Below, piece after piece: positions 55,438 to 64,000 of a stretch of DNA of 64,000 nucleotides. Made by a program: the position numbers and the translations under genes. Every line of letters begins with the position of its first letter. Within the stretch, counting starts at the first letter, position 1. The notes under the pieces were generated by a model. It was not told the DNA's origin, ran no database searches, and saw nothing but the letters and a program-made list of their open reading frames with translations. Source of the stretch: a virus (lineage: Duplodnaviria > Caudoviricetes); IMG/VR virus record IMGVR_UViG_2700989574_000004, positions 1 to 64,000 of that record. The stretch is one strand, 5' to 3'.

Positions 55438-55783
55438 ACGACCTTGCCGGCACAGAGGATGCGCGACTGTGACCAATGATGTCGGTGGATACTGTGAGAT
55501 GCATCGGCAGCAACACGCTGGTGATGGCTGGCGTAACTACCAGCCCGGAAAAACTCGGCAGGAACGTGGTTATGGTCGACCGTGGGAAATTAAACGGGCC
55601 CGTATCATGAAGAGGGATAAATACCTTTGTCAGAACTGCAGGCGAGACGGTATTGCCACGAAAGCCTCAAGTGTCGACCACATCATTCCTAAAGCTCATG
55701 GCGGTACCGATGATGACTTTAATCTGGAGTCATTGTGCTGGACCTGCCACAGCAAGAAAACAGCAACAGAGAGAACCCGATGA
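55421..55783 (+). CDS. HNH endonuclease (terminase-associated)
   Basis: RGYGRPW, RDKYLCQNC, VDHIIPK.HGGTD...NLESLCWTCH.KKT. Confidence 0.92.
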   Translation: MPPRAKRPCRHRGCATVTNDVGGYCEMHRQQHAGDGWRNYQPGKTRQERGYGRPWEIKRARIMKRDKYLCQNCRRDGIATKASSVDHIIPKAHGGTDDDFNLESLCWTCHSKKTATERTR

Positions 55784-56052
55784 AGAGTTTCAAAATTGAA
55801 TACGTTGATGGCGTTTTGACCGTTCTGGAGACGGATGGTCAGTCACGAATGAATGAAGCCGTGCATGGCATCCATTTTGAGCACGTCCAGGGCGGCCGCC
55901 CACTGCTGAAACTGACGATTGCGCATGATATTGCACCGGCACCGGCTGCTGAGTCGGCTCAGGAACCTTTAGTGGGTGAGCTGGTACAGGAGCAACAATC
56001 TCCGCTTCCAGGCGGTCGTCGTTTCCGCCATCGTAGGGGAGGTAAGCAATGA
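55780..56052 (+). CDS. Hypothetical protein
   Basis: ATGA-coupled to HNH and to the next ORF. Confidence 0.65.
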   Translation: MKSFKIEYVDGVLTVLETDGQSRMNEAVHGIHFEHVQGGRPLLKLTIAHDIAPAPAAESAQEPLVGELVQEQQSPLPGGRRFRHRRGGKQ

Positions 56053-56480
56053 TGTATCAACGCACGGATCTGACGCTCTCCATGTTCTATGCATCCAGTG
56101 CTGATGCAGACGGGAACAAAGTGGCTACGTTGACGATGCAGGTAATTGCGGCAGAGGTTGGAGCCGTCCAGACCAGCCAGCTGCGATGTATCACCGATAG
56201 CGCGAAGAAAAAAACGTATAGCGTAGGTGAACAATCTGTCAGTAATGGTTCCGATCCGTTACTGGTCGCGATTGAGAATTACTGGCGTCAGAGTACGGAT
56301 GTCGTCGTTAAAGGATTGATCGCCGAGGTGACCGACTTCATCGCAGGGAACATCAACTCAGTCAGCACCTGGATCGGTCAGTTTGGGATGAAGGTGTTCG
56401 AGAACCAGCCATTAGATGAACGGCTACCAGAAAGCGTACTGCAGGCCGATGGAGGCTCCGCTACCGCGACAGAATCCTGA
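56049..56480 (+). CDS. Hypothetical protein
   Basis: 143-aa ORF with GGAGG RBS. Confidence 0.7.
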   Translation: MMYQRTDLTLSMFYASSADADGNKVATLTMQVIAAEVGAVQTSQLRCITDSAKKKTYSVGEQSVSNGSDPLLVAIENYWRQSTDVVVKGLIAEVTDFIAGNINSVSTWIGQFGMKVFENQPLDERLPESVLQADGGSATATES

Positions 56481-56599
56481 CCCCGGTATAACAACTGGTG
56501 TTCATTGAACGTCTGAGATATGCCGGCCCACGCAATGCGAACCGTGTTCGCCGCCGGCGCAGCCGGAATGACGACCTCCACCTCGACTGAGGCAGCTGC

Positions 56600-56700
56600 A
56601 GTCAGGGGGAGGGGGGAGCAAATCCCTGACCCCTTTCGCGCTTCGGGACTGCCCGTTGAAGTCTATTTTTACACGCCAGAAATAAGAAACTTTTTTCCGG
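56600..56700 (+). other. Probable cos/packaging region
   Basis: G-rich GGGGGAGGGGG...AAATC followed by GGACTGCCCG...ATTTTTACACGC directly upstream of terS; exact cut site not determinable. Confidence 0.5.
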
Positions 56701-56727
56701 AAGGTTTCATCTATCAAAGGAACGTTT

Positions 56728-57162
56728 ATGGCCGGAGGAATTCGATCGTCCGGTGGTGGCCGAAAACCCACTTTACCCACCGGGCAAAAAAGCAAATTAA
56801 CACGTATTGCGCCTCCCGCTGAGTTAATGGGGGAGGCGGCAATAAGAATGTGGAAGACGCAAAGCAAAATACTCATCGACCGAGGGGTGTTTGAGCTGGA
56901 GGACGCACCTTTGTTGCTGGCTTACTGCAATGCTTTTCATCTGATGCTCGAAGCCGAAAAAATGCTGGCCAGCGGACTGACCTCAGAAAGTGAAATGGGG
57001 GGCTTGAAAAAACACCCTGCAGTTAATGTCCGCAATGACTCGGTTTCCCAGCTTGCCCGCCTCGGCTCTCTGTTGGGGTTAGATCCGCTCAGTCGTCTTC
57101 GCATGACCAGCGGACAAAAGGATCCGGACGATGACGGGAATGAATTCGATGAGTTTGACTGA
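56728..57162 (+). CDS. Terminase small subunit (P27 family)
   Basis: GGGRKP, LLAYC, LKKHPAV, LGLDPLSR. Confidence 0.92.
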   Translation: MAGGIRSSGGGRKPTLPTGQKSKLTRIAPPAELMGEAAIRMWKTQSKILIDRGVFELEDAPLLLAYCNAFHLMLEAEKMLASGLTSESEMGGLKKHPAVNVRNDSVSQLARLGSLLGLDPLSRLRMTSGQKDPDDDGNEFDEFD

Positions 57163-58883
57163 TGGCTACCTATCCGAACGTCAATGCGGCGAACCAGTAT
57201 GCGCGGGATATCGTTGGCGGGAAGATTCTGGCGTGTCAGTTAACGGTACTTGCCTGTCAGCGACATCTGGACGACCTCGAACGAGCAAAGGATCCCCACT
57301 GGCCCTACCGCTTCGATAAAAACAAAGCAGAACGATTTCTTCGTTTTGCCCAGAAAATGCCTCATACCTCAGGGGAATGGGCCCGGCGTAAACTCCGGAT
57401 TGAATTTGAAGCCTGGCAGAAGTTCGCTCTTGGCGTACCGTTTGGATGGGTACACAAGAAGACAGGCCTGCGTCGTTTCTCTGAAATCTATATCGAGGTG
57501 CCCAGGAAGAACGGGAAATCCGCTATTGCCGCTGCTGTAGGAAATTATATGTTTTGTGCAGATGGCGAGCATGGTGCAGAAGTCTATTGCGGCGCCACGA
57601 CTGAAAAACAGGCATGGAAGGTATTTTCTCCGGCGCTGCAAATGGTGAAAAAGCTGCCGGCATTGCGGCAAAAATTCTCGATAAAACCTTGGGCAAAAAA
57701 AATGACGCGCCCTGACGGTTCGGTTTTTGCGCCTGTGATCGGTGACCCGGGGGATGGTGATTCGCCATCATGCGCCATCATTGATGAATATCACGAACAT
57801 ACTACTGATGCGCTTTACACCACCATGACCACCGGTATGGGGGCTCGTGAACAACCGATGACACTGATCATCACCACCGCCGGCTATGACATTACATCCC
57901 CTTGCTATGAAAAGCGTACCCAGGTTGTCGAGATCCTGCGGAGAACCCGTAATGGCGAGGAAAATGAAACCATATTTGGGCTGATTTATGGCCTTGATGA
58001 CGATGATGACTGGACGACTCCTGAGGCATTAATCAAGGCAAACCCCAACTATGGCATTTCGGTAAAAGCAGATTTTCTCCGGGCTAAACAATTATTGGGT
58101 ATGTCGACGCCCGGGCAGACAAACAAGATTCTGACCAAGCATTTCAATCGCTGGGTAAGCGCAAAATCAGCTTATTACGACCTGAGAAAATGGATGGATG
58201 CAGCCGATAAAAACCTTAAGTTGTCAGATTTTGAAGGGGAAGAATGCTGGCTGGGTATAGATCTGGCCTCGAAAGTTGACCTCAATGCCGTGGTTCCAGT
58301 TTTTCGTCGTGAAATAGACGGAATAACACATTTTTACTGTGTTTCTCCTCTGTTCTGGGCACCAGAAGAAACCATTTACTCTCAGGAGACCGCGCTGAAA
58401 AGTACCGCAGAACGTTATCAGTCCTTTGTCCGGCAGGGTAAGTTGATCCCGACCGATGGTGGCGAAGTTGATTACAGGCTGATATTTGAAACGATCCTGA
58501 AGCTGCGGAATACCGTAAAAATTGCCCAATGCCCCATTGATCCTTATGGCGCGACTTCATTACGTCACATGCTTGAGGAAGAGGGGCTTGAGCCTGTCGA
58601 GATAAGACAAAATTTTACCCATATGAGTGATCCTATGAGAGAGATTGAGGCTGCGCTCATCTCGGGGAGATTCCATCATGACGGACACCCTGTCATGAAC
58701 TGGTGTATTTCCAATATCGTCGGCCAGTACCTTCCCGGAAGTGACGATATTGTGCGTCCCGGGAAAGAAGGGCGGCAGAACAAGATAGATGGTGCGGTTG
58801 GTTTAATGATGGGGCTGGGGCGCGCCATGCTTAACAGTTCAGTGATGACATCCGTATACGATGAGGAAGATATAGCATGCTAA
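57162..58883 (+). CDS. Terminase large subunit
   Basis: VPRKNGKS, IIDEYHEH, IITTAG, GIDLAS, KIDGAV. Confidence 0.95.
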   Translation: MATYPNVNAANQYARDIVGGKILACQLTVLACQRHLDDLERAKDPHWPYRFDKNKAERFLRFAQKMPHTSGEWARRKLRIEFEAWQKFALGVPFGWVHKKTGLRRFSEIYIEVPRKNGKSAIAAAVGNYMFCADGEHGAEVYCGATTEKQAWKVFSPALQMVKKLPALRQKFSIKPWAKKMTRPDGSVFAPVIGDPGDGDSPSCAIIDEYHEHTTDALYTTMTTGMGAREQPMTLIITTAGYDITSPCYEKRTQVVEILRRTRNGEENETIFGLIYGLDDDDDWTTPEALIKANPNYGISVKADFLRAKQLLGMSTPGQTNKILTKHFNRWVSAKSAYYDLRKWMDAADKNLKLSDFEGEECWLGIDLASKVDLNAVVPVFRREIDGITHFYCVSPLFWAPEETIYSQETALKSTAERYQSFVRQGKLIPTDGGEVDYRLIFETILKLRNTVKIAQCPIDPYGATSLRHMLEEEGLEPVEIRQNFTHMSDPMREIEAALISGRFHHDGHPVMNWCISNIVGQYLPGSDDIVRPGKEGRQNKIDGAVGLMMGLGRAMLNSSVMTSVYDEEDIAC

Positions 58884-59056
58884 TTTCAGTTCTGAGTTTT
58901 ATTGTCGGCCTCACTGGTGCTGGATTGTTATCCGCAGGTGCCTGGCTTATTTCTCCATCAGTGGGATTGATAACAGGAGGGATTATTTGTCTGGGCTGGT
59001 CATATATGACAACCCGGGCCTTTTCCTCCGGCGTCAGCAATGGCGGAGGTAAATAA
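58877..59056 (+). CDS. Small two-TM membrane protein between terL and portal
   Basis: Translated by hand: 59-aa hydrophobic ORF overlapping both neighbours. Confidence 0.7.
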   Translation: MLISVLSFIVGLTGAGLLSAGAWLISPSVGLITGGIICLGWSYMTTRAFSSGVSNGGGK

Positions 59057-60315
59057 TGTTCCTACCCCAGATGTTCAGGGGCCGACAATACTCGGGTAAT
59101 AGCTTCTGGGAAGCCATGCTGGGCGGGGTTCGTTCAAGCCAGAGCAAAACTGGCATCATAATCACGCCGGAAACCGCTCTTGGACTTTCAGCGGTCCGGG
59201 CCTGTGTCACCCTCCTGGCGGAGTCAGTCGCGCAGCTGCCGTGCGAACTCTACCGGCGGGATAAAAATGGCGGGCGCCAGCGTGCGACGGACCACCCGGT
59301 TTATGACCTGATTCACTCCCAGCCCAACAGGAAAGACACCTCATTCGAGTATTTCGAGCAGCAGCAGGGGTTGCTGGGGCTTGAGGGAAATTGCTACTCG
59401 ATCATCGAACGGGACGGAAAAGGCTACCCGAAAGAGCTGATCCCCATTAACCCGAAAAAGGTCATTGTGCTGAAAGGGCCGGACGGTATGCCGTATTACG
59501 AACTCCCGGAAGTCGGTGAAATTCTGCCGATGCGCATGATGCACCATGTGAAGGTCTTTTCTCTGGATGGCTATATCGGCAGTTCCCCCATTCAGACGAA
59601 CGCCGATGTCTTGGGGCTGAATCTGGCCGTTGAGGAGCATGCGGCAGCGACATTTCGGCGCGGGACAACGATGAGCGGGGTGATAGAGCGTCCGAAAGAG
59701 GCTGCGACCATTAAAAGCCAGGATGCTATTGATCGCCTGCTGGCGAAATGGACCGAACGCCATTCCGGTATTCACAATATGTTCTCTGTGGCACTGCTGC
59801 AGGAGGGCATGAGCTACAAACAACTGTCGCAGGATAACGAAAAGGCGCAGCTGCTACAGTCGCGGCAGTGGGGCGTGGAAGAGGTCTGCCGGCTCTATAA
59901 AATCCCGCCACATATGGTGCAGATGCTGGCGAAAGCGACCAACAACAACATCGAGCACCAGGGCCTGCAGTTCGTGATGTATACGCTGCTGGCCTGGCTG
60001 AAACGCCATGAAGGTGCGCTGCAGCGCGATCTGCTTCTGCCCAGCGAACGCCGCGATTTGTACATCGAGTTCAACGTTTCCGGGCTGCTGCGAGGCGACC
60101 AGAAATCACGCTATGAATCGTATGCGCTGGGCCGCCAGTGGGGATGGCTATCCACTAACGATATCCGGCGTATGGAGAATCTACCGCCAATTGCTGGCGG
60201 GGACAAATACCTGACGCCGCTCAATATGGTCGACAGCGCGAAGATCCTTCCTGGCGATAAGTCGCCGACAGCAAAACAGCTGGCCGAAATAGAATCCCTT
60301 CTGGCCAGAGCCTGA
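59056..60315 (+). CDS. Portal protein (HK97 family)
   Basis: AVRACVTLLAESVAQLP, GNCYS, IPPHMV, NNIEHQ, LLRGD, NDIRRMENLPP. Confidence 0.95.
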   Translation: MFLPQMFRGRQYSGNSFWEAMLGGVRSSQSKTGIIITPETALGLSAVRACVTLLAESVAQLPCELYRRDKNGGRQRATDHPVYDLIHSQPNRKDTSFEYFEQQQGLLGLEGNCYSIIERDGKGYPKELIPINPKKVIVLKGPDGMPYYELPEVGEILPMRMMHHVKVFSLDGYIGSSPIQTNADVLGLNLAVEEHAAATFRRGTTMSGVIERPKEAATIKSQDAIDRLLAKWTERHSGIHNMFSVALLQEGMSYKQLSQDNEKAQLLQSRQWGVEEVCRLYKIPPHMVQMLAKATNNNIEHQGLQFVMYTLLAWLKRHEGALQRDLLLPSERRDLYIEFNVSGLLRGDQKSRYESYALGRQWGWLSTNDIRRMENLPPIAGGDKYLTPLNMVDSAKILPGDKSPTAKQLAEIESLLARA

Positions 60316-60351
60316 TTGTTTCCCGCCGCGCGGGATGACCTGGAAGACAAC

Positions 60352-61272
60352 ATGACAACGAAATTAATTAACCTGCCGCACCTGGCAGATATGGTCTTTG
60401 GCGTGCCGCATTACGTGACGCGGCAAACAATGGACTCCGTGAAAGCGGTGCTCATCCCCCGTATTCAGGGGATCACCGAAGATGCCGTCATTCAGATAGC
60501 GCTGAATCCGGGTAAATCACCTGCAGCTGAGCAGGTTCAGCCCACCGGCGGGGTGGCAGTGATCCCCGTTCACGGCATTCTTGTTCCACGCCGGGGGCAG
60601 ATTACGGCGATGTGCTCCGAGCTGACCAGCTACGAGCGGATCCGCGGGCAGCTGCAGGCGGCATTAAACGACCCCTCAATCAGCGAAATCGTTCTGGATA
60701 TTAACTCCGGCGGCGGCGCAGCGGTGGGGTGCAAGGAGCTGGCCGATTACATTTATCAGTCTCGCGACACGAAACCCATCACGGCGATTGTGAACTACAG
60801 CGCGTATTCCGCCGCGTATTTCATCGCATCGGCCTGCAGCAAAATCATCGTCAGCCAGACCAGTGGCGTGGGGTCGATTGGTGTGATCATGGAGCACCTC
60901 GATACGTCGAAGATGGAAGAAAAAATGGGGCTGACGTTCACCACCATTTACCGGGGAGATAACAAAAATAACGGCACCCAACATGAACCACTGAGTGAAG
61001 AGTCGCTGGGTATGTTCCAGGGCATGATCGACGAAATGTACGAGACGTTTACGGGGTCGGTGGCCGAATATCGCGGCCTGAATCAGCAGGCCGTCATTGA
61101 TACGCAGGCGGGGCTGTATTTTGGCCCTGGCGCTGTGTCCGCCGGCCTGGCGGATGAAGTCTCTGACCCCCAGGCGGCGATCAATGCTATCGCGGCAAAG
61201 TATCAGCAACCCCGTCAAAAAACCTCCATTCAGATGCAGGCAGCCGCGATGGATCTGCAAACCAAAATGTAA
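60352..61272 (+). CDS. Prohead protease, S49 family
   Basis: LDINSGGG, AYSAAYFIASA, GSIGV. Confidence 0.92.
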   Translation: MTTKLINLPHLADMVFGVPHYVTRQTMDSVKAVLIPRIQGITEDAVIQIALNPGKSPAAEQVQPTGGVAVIPVHGILVPRRGQITAMCSELTSYERIRGQLQAALNDPSISEIVLDINSGGGAAVGCKELADYIYQSRDTKPITAIVNYSAYSAAYFIASACSKIIVSQTSGVGSIGVIMEHLDTSKMEEKMGLTFTTIYRGDNKNNGTQHEPLSEESLGMFQGMIDEMYETFTGSVAEYRGLNQQAVIDTQAGLYFGPGAVSAGLADEVSDPQAAINAIAAKYQQPRQKTSIQMQAAAMDLQTKM

Positions 61273-61349
61273 CCCGGCGCAAACATAAACCGCGTCACCT
61301 TAAGCAGCCAGCAGGCTGCTTTTTTTATGTCTAAAAAGAGAGAAATAAA

Positions 61350-62636
61350 ATGCCACATATTGAAGAATTGCGTCGTCAGCGTGCGGGTATCAACGAACAG
61401 GTTCAGGCCCTGGCAACCATTGACGCCAGCGGCAGCACGCTGACTGCGGAGCAGCTTACGGAGTTTGCGAACCTGCAGCAGCAGTTCACTGATATCAGCG
61501 CCAAAATTGAACGCCTGGAAGCCGCCGAACGTGCTGCGGCGCTGGTCGCAAAACCCGTGAAAGCGACTCAGCAGGCCCCCGGCATTATTGTTAAGCAGGA
61601 GCCGAAACAGTACACCGGTGCTGGCATGACCCGACTGGTTATGTCTGTCGCCGCAGGCGCAGGGAATCTGCAGGACGCGGCAAAATTCGCTTCAGAAGAG
61701 CTGAATGACCAGTCCGTATCGATGGCCATTTCCACCGCAGCGGCGTCCGGGGGTGTGCTTATTCCGCAGAACCTCCACAGTGAGGTGATCGAGCTACTGA
61801 GCGACCGAACCATCGTCCGCAAGCTGGGTGCCCGTCCCGTTCCGCTGCCTAACGGTAATATGACGCTACCACGCGTGGCCGGTGGAGCAACGGCAAGCTA
61901 CACAGGAGAAAACAAAGACGCCAAGACATCAGAAACACGCTTTGATGATGTAAAACTTACGGCGAAAACTCTGATTGCGATGGTGCCTATTTCCAATGCA
62001 CTGATTGGCCGCGCCGGATTCAACGTCGAGCAACTGGTCCTGCAGGATATTCTGACCGCCATCTCAGTGCGTGAGGATAAAGCCTTTATGCGCGATGACG
62101 GTACCGGCGATACACCGATTGGTATGAAGGCGCGCGCGACGCAGTGGAACCGCCTGCTGCCGTGGGAAGCTGATGCAGCGATCAACCTGAACACGGTTGA
62201 CGAGTACCTAGACAAGATCATTTTGATGGCGATGGACGGCAACAGCAATATGATCAGCAGCGGCTGGGGCATGTCGAACCGTACCTATATGAAGTTGTTT
62301 GGGCTGCGTGACGGCAACGGCAACAAAGTCTATCCGGAAATGGCTCAGGGATTACTTAAAGGATATCCGGTTCAGCGTACCAGCGCGATCCCTGCGAATC
62401 TGGGGACCGGGGGTAAGGAGACTGAGATTTACTTTGCTGACTTCAATGATGTGGTTATTGCTGAAGACGGCAATATGAAAGTCGACTTCTCGAAGGAAGC
62501 CTCTTACATCGATGCCGATGGCACCCTGGTATCTGCGTTTTCCCGTAACCAATCGCTAATCCGCGTTGTTACTGAGCATGATATTGGCTTCCGTCATCCG
62601 GAAGGCCTGGTGCTGGGTACCGGCGTCCTGTTCTAA
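61350..62636 (+). CDS. Major capsid protein (HK97 fold)
   Basis: N-terminal coiled coil, GGVLIP, LRDGNGN, LKGYPV, FADF. Confidence 0.95.
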   Translation: MPHIEELRRQRAGINEQVQALATIDASGSTLTAEQLTEFANLQQQFTDISAKIERLEAAERAAALVAKPVKATQQAPGIIVKQEPKQYTGAGMTRLVMSVAAGAGNLQDAAKFASEELNDQSVSMAISTAAASGGVLIPQNLHSEVIELLSDRTIVRKLGARPVPLPNGNMTLPRVAGGATASYTGENKDAKTSETRFDDVKLTAKTLIAMVPISNALIGRAGFNVEQLVLQDILTAISVREDKAFMRDDGTGDTPIGMKARATQWNRLLPWEADAAINLNTVDEYLDKIILMAMDGNSNMISSGWGMSNRTYMKLFGLRDGNGNKVYPEMAQGLLKGYPVQRTSAIPANLGTGGKETEIYFADFNDVVIAEDGNMKVDFSKEASYIDADGTLVSAFSRNQSLIRVVTEHDIGFRHPEGLVLGTGVLF

Positions 62637-62694
62637 CCCATCCCTCAGTAAATACGGCCCGCATATGCGGGCTTTTCCCTTTCAGGAGAATGTT

Positions 62695-62955
62695 ATGGCT
62701 GCGAAAAATAAAGCAGTGGAGTCGGAAGAAACGGTCGCACAGGACAACCATGCGACCGTGGTCGCACAGGCAGAGCGTAAATCCGTTGTGTTCCTTGGGC
62801 CGCACCACCGTTATTCCCGTGGAGATATCGCGTGCTTTGAAGGAACGCGCGCCGAAGAGCTGGTTAACCGGCGTATCGCGGTATGGCCGGAGGATGCCGA
62901 ACGTGCGCTGAAACCGAAGCCGGGAGACAGCGATTTTGATACTGACATTGGATGA
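62695..62955 (+). CDS. Small head-associated protein
   Basis: CAGGAG RBS; YSRGDIACF...AEELV. Confidence 0.65.
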   Translation: MAAKNKAVESEETVAQDNHATVVAQAERKSVVFLGPHHRYSRGDIACFEGTRAEELVNRRIAVWPEDAERALKPKPGDSDFDTDIG

Positions 62956-63253
62956 TGTGAAAACCCAGCTACGCCTGGAACTGGATTTCACGGAGCACGA
63001 CGCCATGCTCACGCAAATGGTGAACGCCGCGCAGCGGAGCATCGAGCGTGATTATTACTGCAAGCTGGTCACCAGTGATGAAGAGCTGCAGGCACTCCCG
63101 GAGACCGTCCGCGGATTTATCGCGGATGAAGATATCCGGCTGGCCATTCAGTTTCTGGTCAGCGATGCGTATCTGAATGGCCATACCGGACAGTGGCTGG
63201 AAACCGCTGCGGTGAGGCATCTTCTTTTCCCCCTGCAGGAGCATACGCTATGA
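62936..63253 (+). CDS. Head-tail connector (gp6-like)
   Basis: LTLDDVKTQLRL...D..L..MVNAA...I.LAI..LV...Y. Confidence 0.88.
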   Translation: MILTLDDVKTQLRLELDFTEHDAMLTQMVNAAQRSIERDYYCKLVTSDEELQALPETVRGFIADEDIRLAIQFLVSDAYLNGHTGQWLETAAVRHLLFPLQEHTL

Positions 63254-63588
63254 GCCTGAAACCGGGTGATATGAACTGTCGCATTGCGATTAGCTACGTT
63301 CAGTCCGGTCGGGGGCCGCTGGGCGAACCGCTACCGGAAAAGCAGGTTGAATCGGGAAAAGCGTGGGCAAAACGGGAGCTGGTATCGGGGCGGAAAGTCC
63401 GCACGCTGGATCAGCAGCAGGTGGTGGAAACCTGCCTGTTTACGGTCTATCCGGGTGTGCTGGTTGATATTGACTGGAAAATCACGACGAAAAATCTGGT
63501 TTATACCGTCCGTAATATCGACCGCAAAACGGACCGGATCATTATCACGGGGGAGGCTGACGGGCGGCATGATAGAGCTGGCGATTAA
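63250..63588 (+). CDS. Head-tail adaptor / closure protein
   Basis: LKPGDMNCRI...GE...AWA; synteny. Confidence 0.8.
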   Translation: MSLKPGDMNCRIAISYVQSGRGPLGEPLPEKQVESGKAWAKRELVSGRKVRTLDQQQVVETCLFTVYPGVLVDIDWKITTKNLVYTVRNIDRKTDRIIITGEADGRHDRAGD

Positions 63589-63958
63589 GGGTGCGCTGGA
63601 GCGCATCACCGGCATGAATGCGTATCCGCTTTTACTGCCGGACACGGTCCAGGAAGGTGCGACCTTTCAGCGTATCTCTGACCCGGAAATGGTCTCGGGA
63701 ATGTTGCGAACGGGGATCGTATCTGCCCGTATCCAGGTGAATCTGTACCGTCTCGATGATTACACCTCACTGCTGCAGCTGGATAAAAAAATCTGGACGG
63801 AACTGAAGTCCGTCGTTCATGGCCAGCTGGAGGGTATTCCGGTTCAGTATGTGGAACGAGGCGGCATCCATCAGGATAAAAACCAGCTGACGAATCGTCG
63901 CATTCAGTATCGCCTGACCCGCGATTTCATCATTCACTACGTGGAGGACTCCTCGTGA
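63569..63958 (+). CDS. Tail completion/terminator protein
   Basis: YPLLLP...TFQRISDP...RIQVNLY; synteny. Confidence 0.75.
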   Translation: MIELAIKGALERITGMNAYPLLLPDTVQEGATFQRISDPEMVSGMLRTGIVSARIQVNLYRLDDYTSLLQLDKKIWTELKSVVHGQLEGIPVQYVERGGIHQDKNQLTNRRIQYRLTRDFIIHYVEDSS

Positions 63959-64000
63959 TCCGAATGGAAGTTAAAGGGCTGGATGAGCTGGAGCGGCAGT
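63955..64000 (+). CDS. HK97 gp10-like protein (partial, runs off the window)
   Basis: GTG start, MIRMEVKGLDELERQ. Confidence 0.6.
   Translation, partial: MIRMEVKGLDELERQ

Noticed and set aside
56502-56876. ORFs 56502-56876 (minus) and 56520-56822 (plus)
   Set aside because: They overlap the probable cos region and terS and show no protein-like features.

Overview
The window holds two nested prophages, probably from an enterobacterium (Klebsiella-like by inference, not shown by the sequence). The outer one is a lambdoid/Gifsy-like prophage running from its integrase at position 1 past the right edge. It carries int-xis, a RecE-like exonuclease, cI/cro/cII, O/P-like replication genes, an SOS-box dinI operon, Q, a pinholin/SAR-endolysin/spanin cassette, HNH, terminase and HK97-type head genes. 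Its accessory cargo is a BsuBI/PstI-family type II R-M pair, an AT-rich operon of an ABC-ATPase/TOPRIM (OLD-like) protein plus a C5 cytosine methyltransferase inserted between Q and pR', and hicAB. The inner one is an apparently complete ~34.6 kb Mu-like transposable prophage (about 18985-53589, minus orientation, TGT...ACA ends) with a non-contractile tail module. It is inserted inside the catalytic region of the outer SAR endolysin gene. The best candidates for undescribed biology are: (1) the OLD-like nuclease + C5-MTase operon, whose promoter borrows the pR'/Q-binding sequence; (2) an 11-nt motif CGAGTTTTGAC found four times at gene junctions of both early operons, next to a cluster of C4-like structured RNAs in a phage with no visible N gene; (3) a second tail-tube paralogue with an HNG-repeat extension beside an SGNH-esterase tail fibre. 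All calls come from reading motifs by eye; no database search was run.
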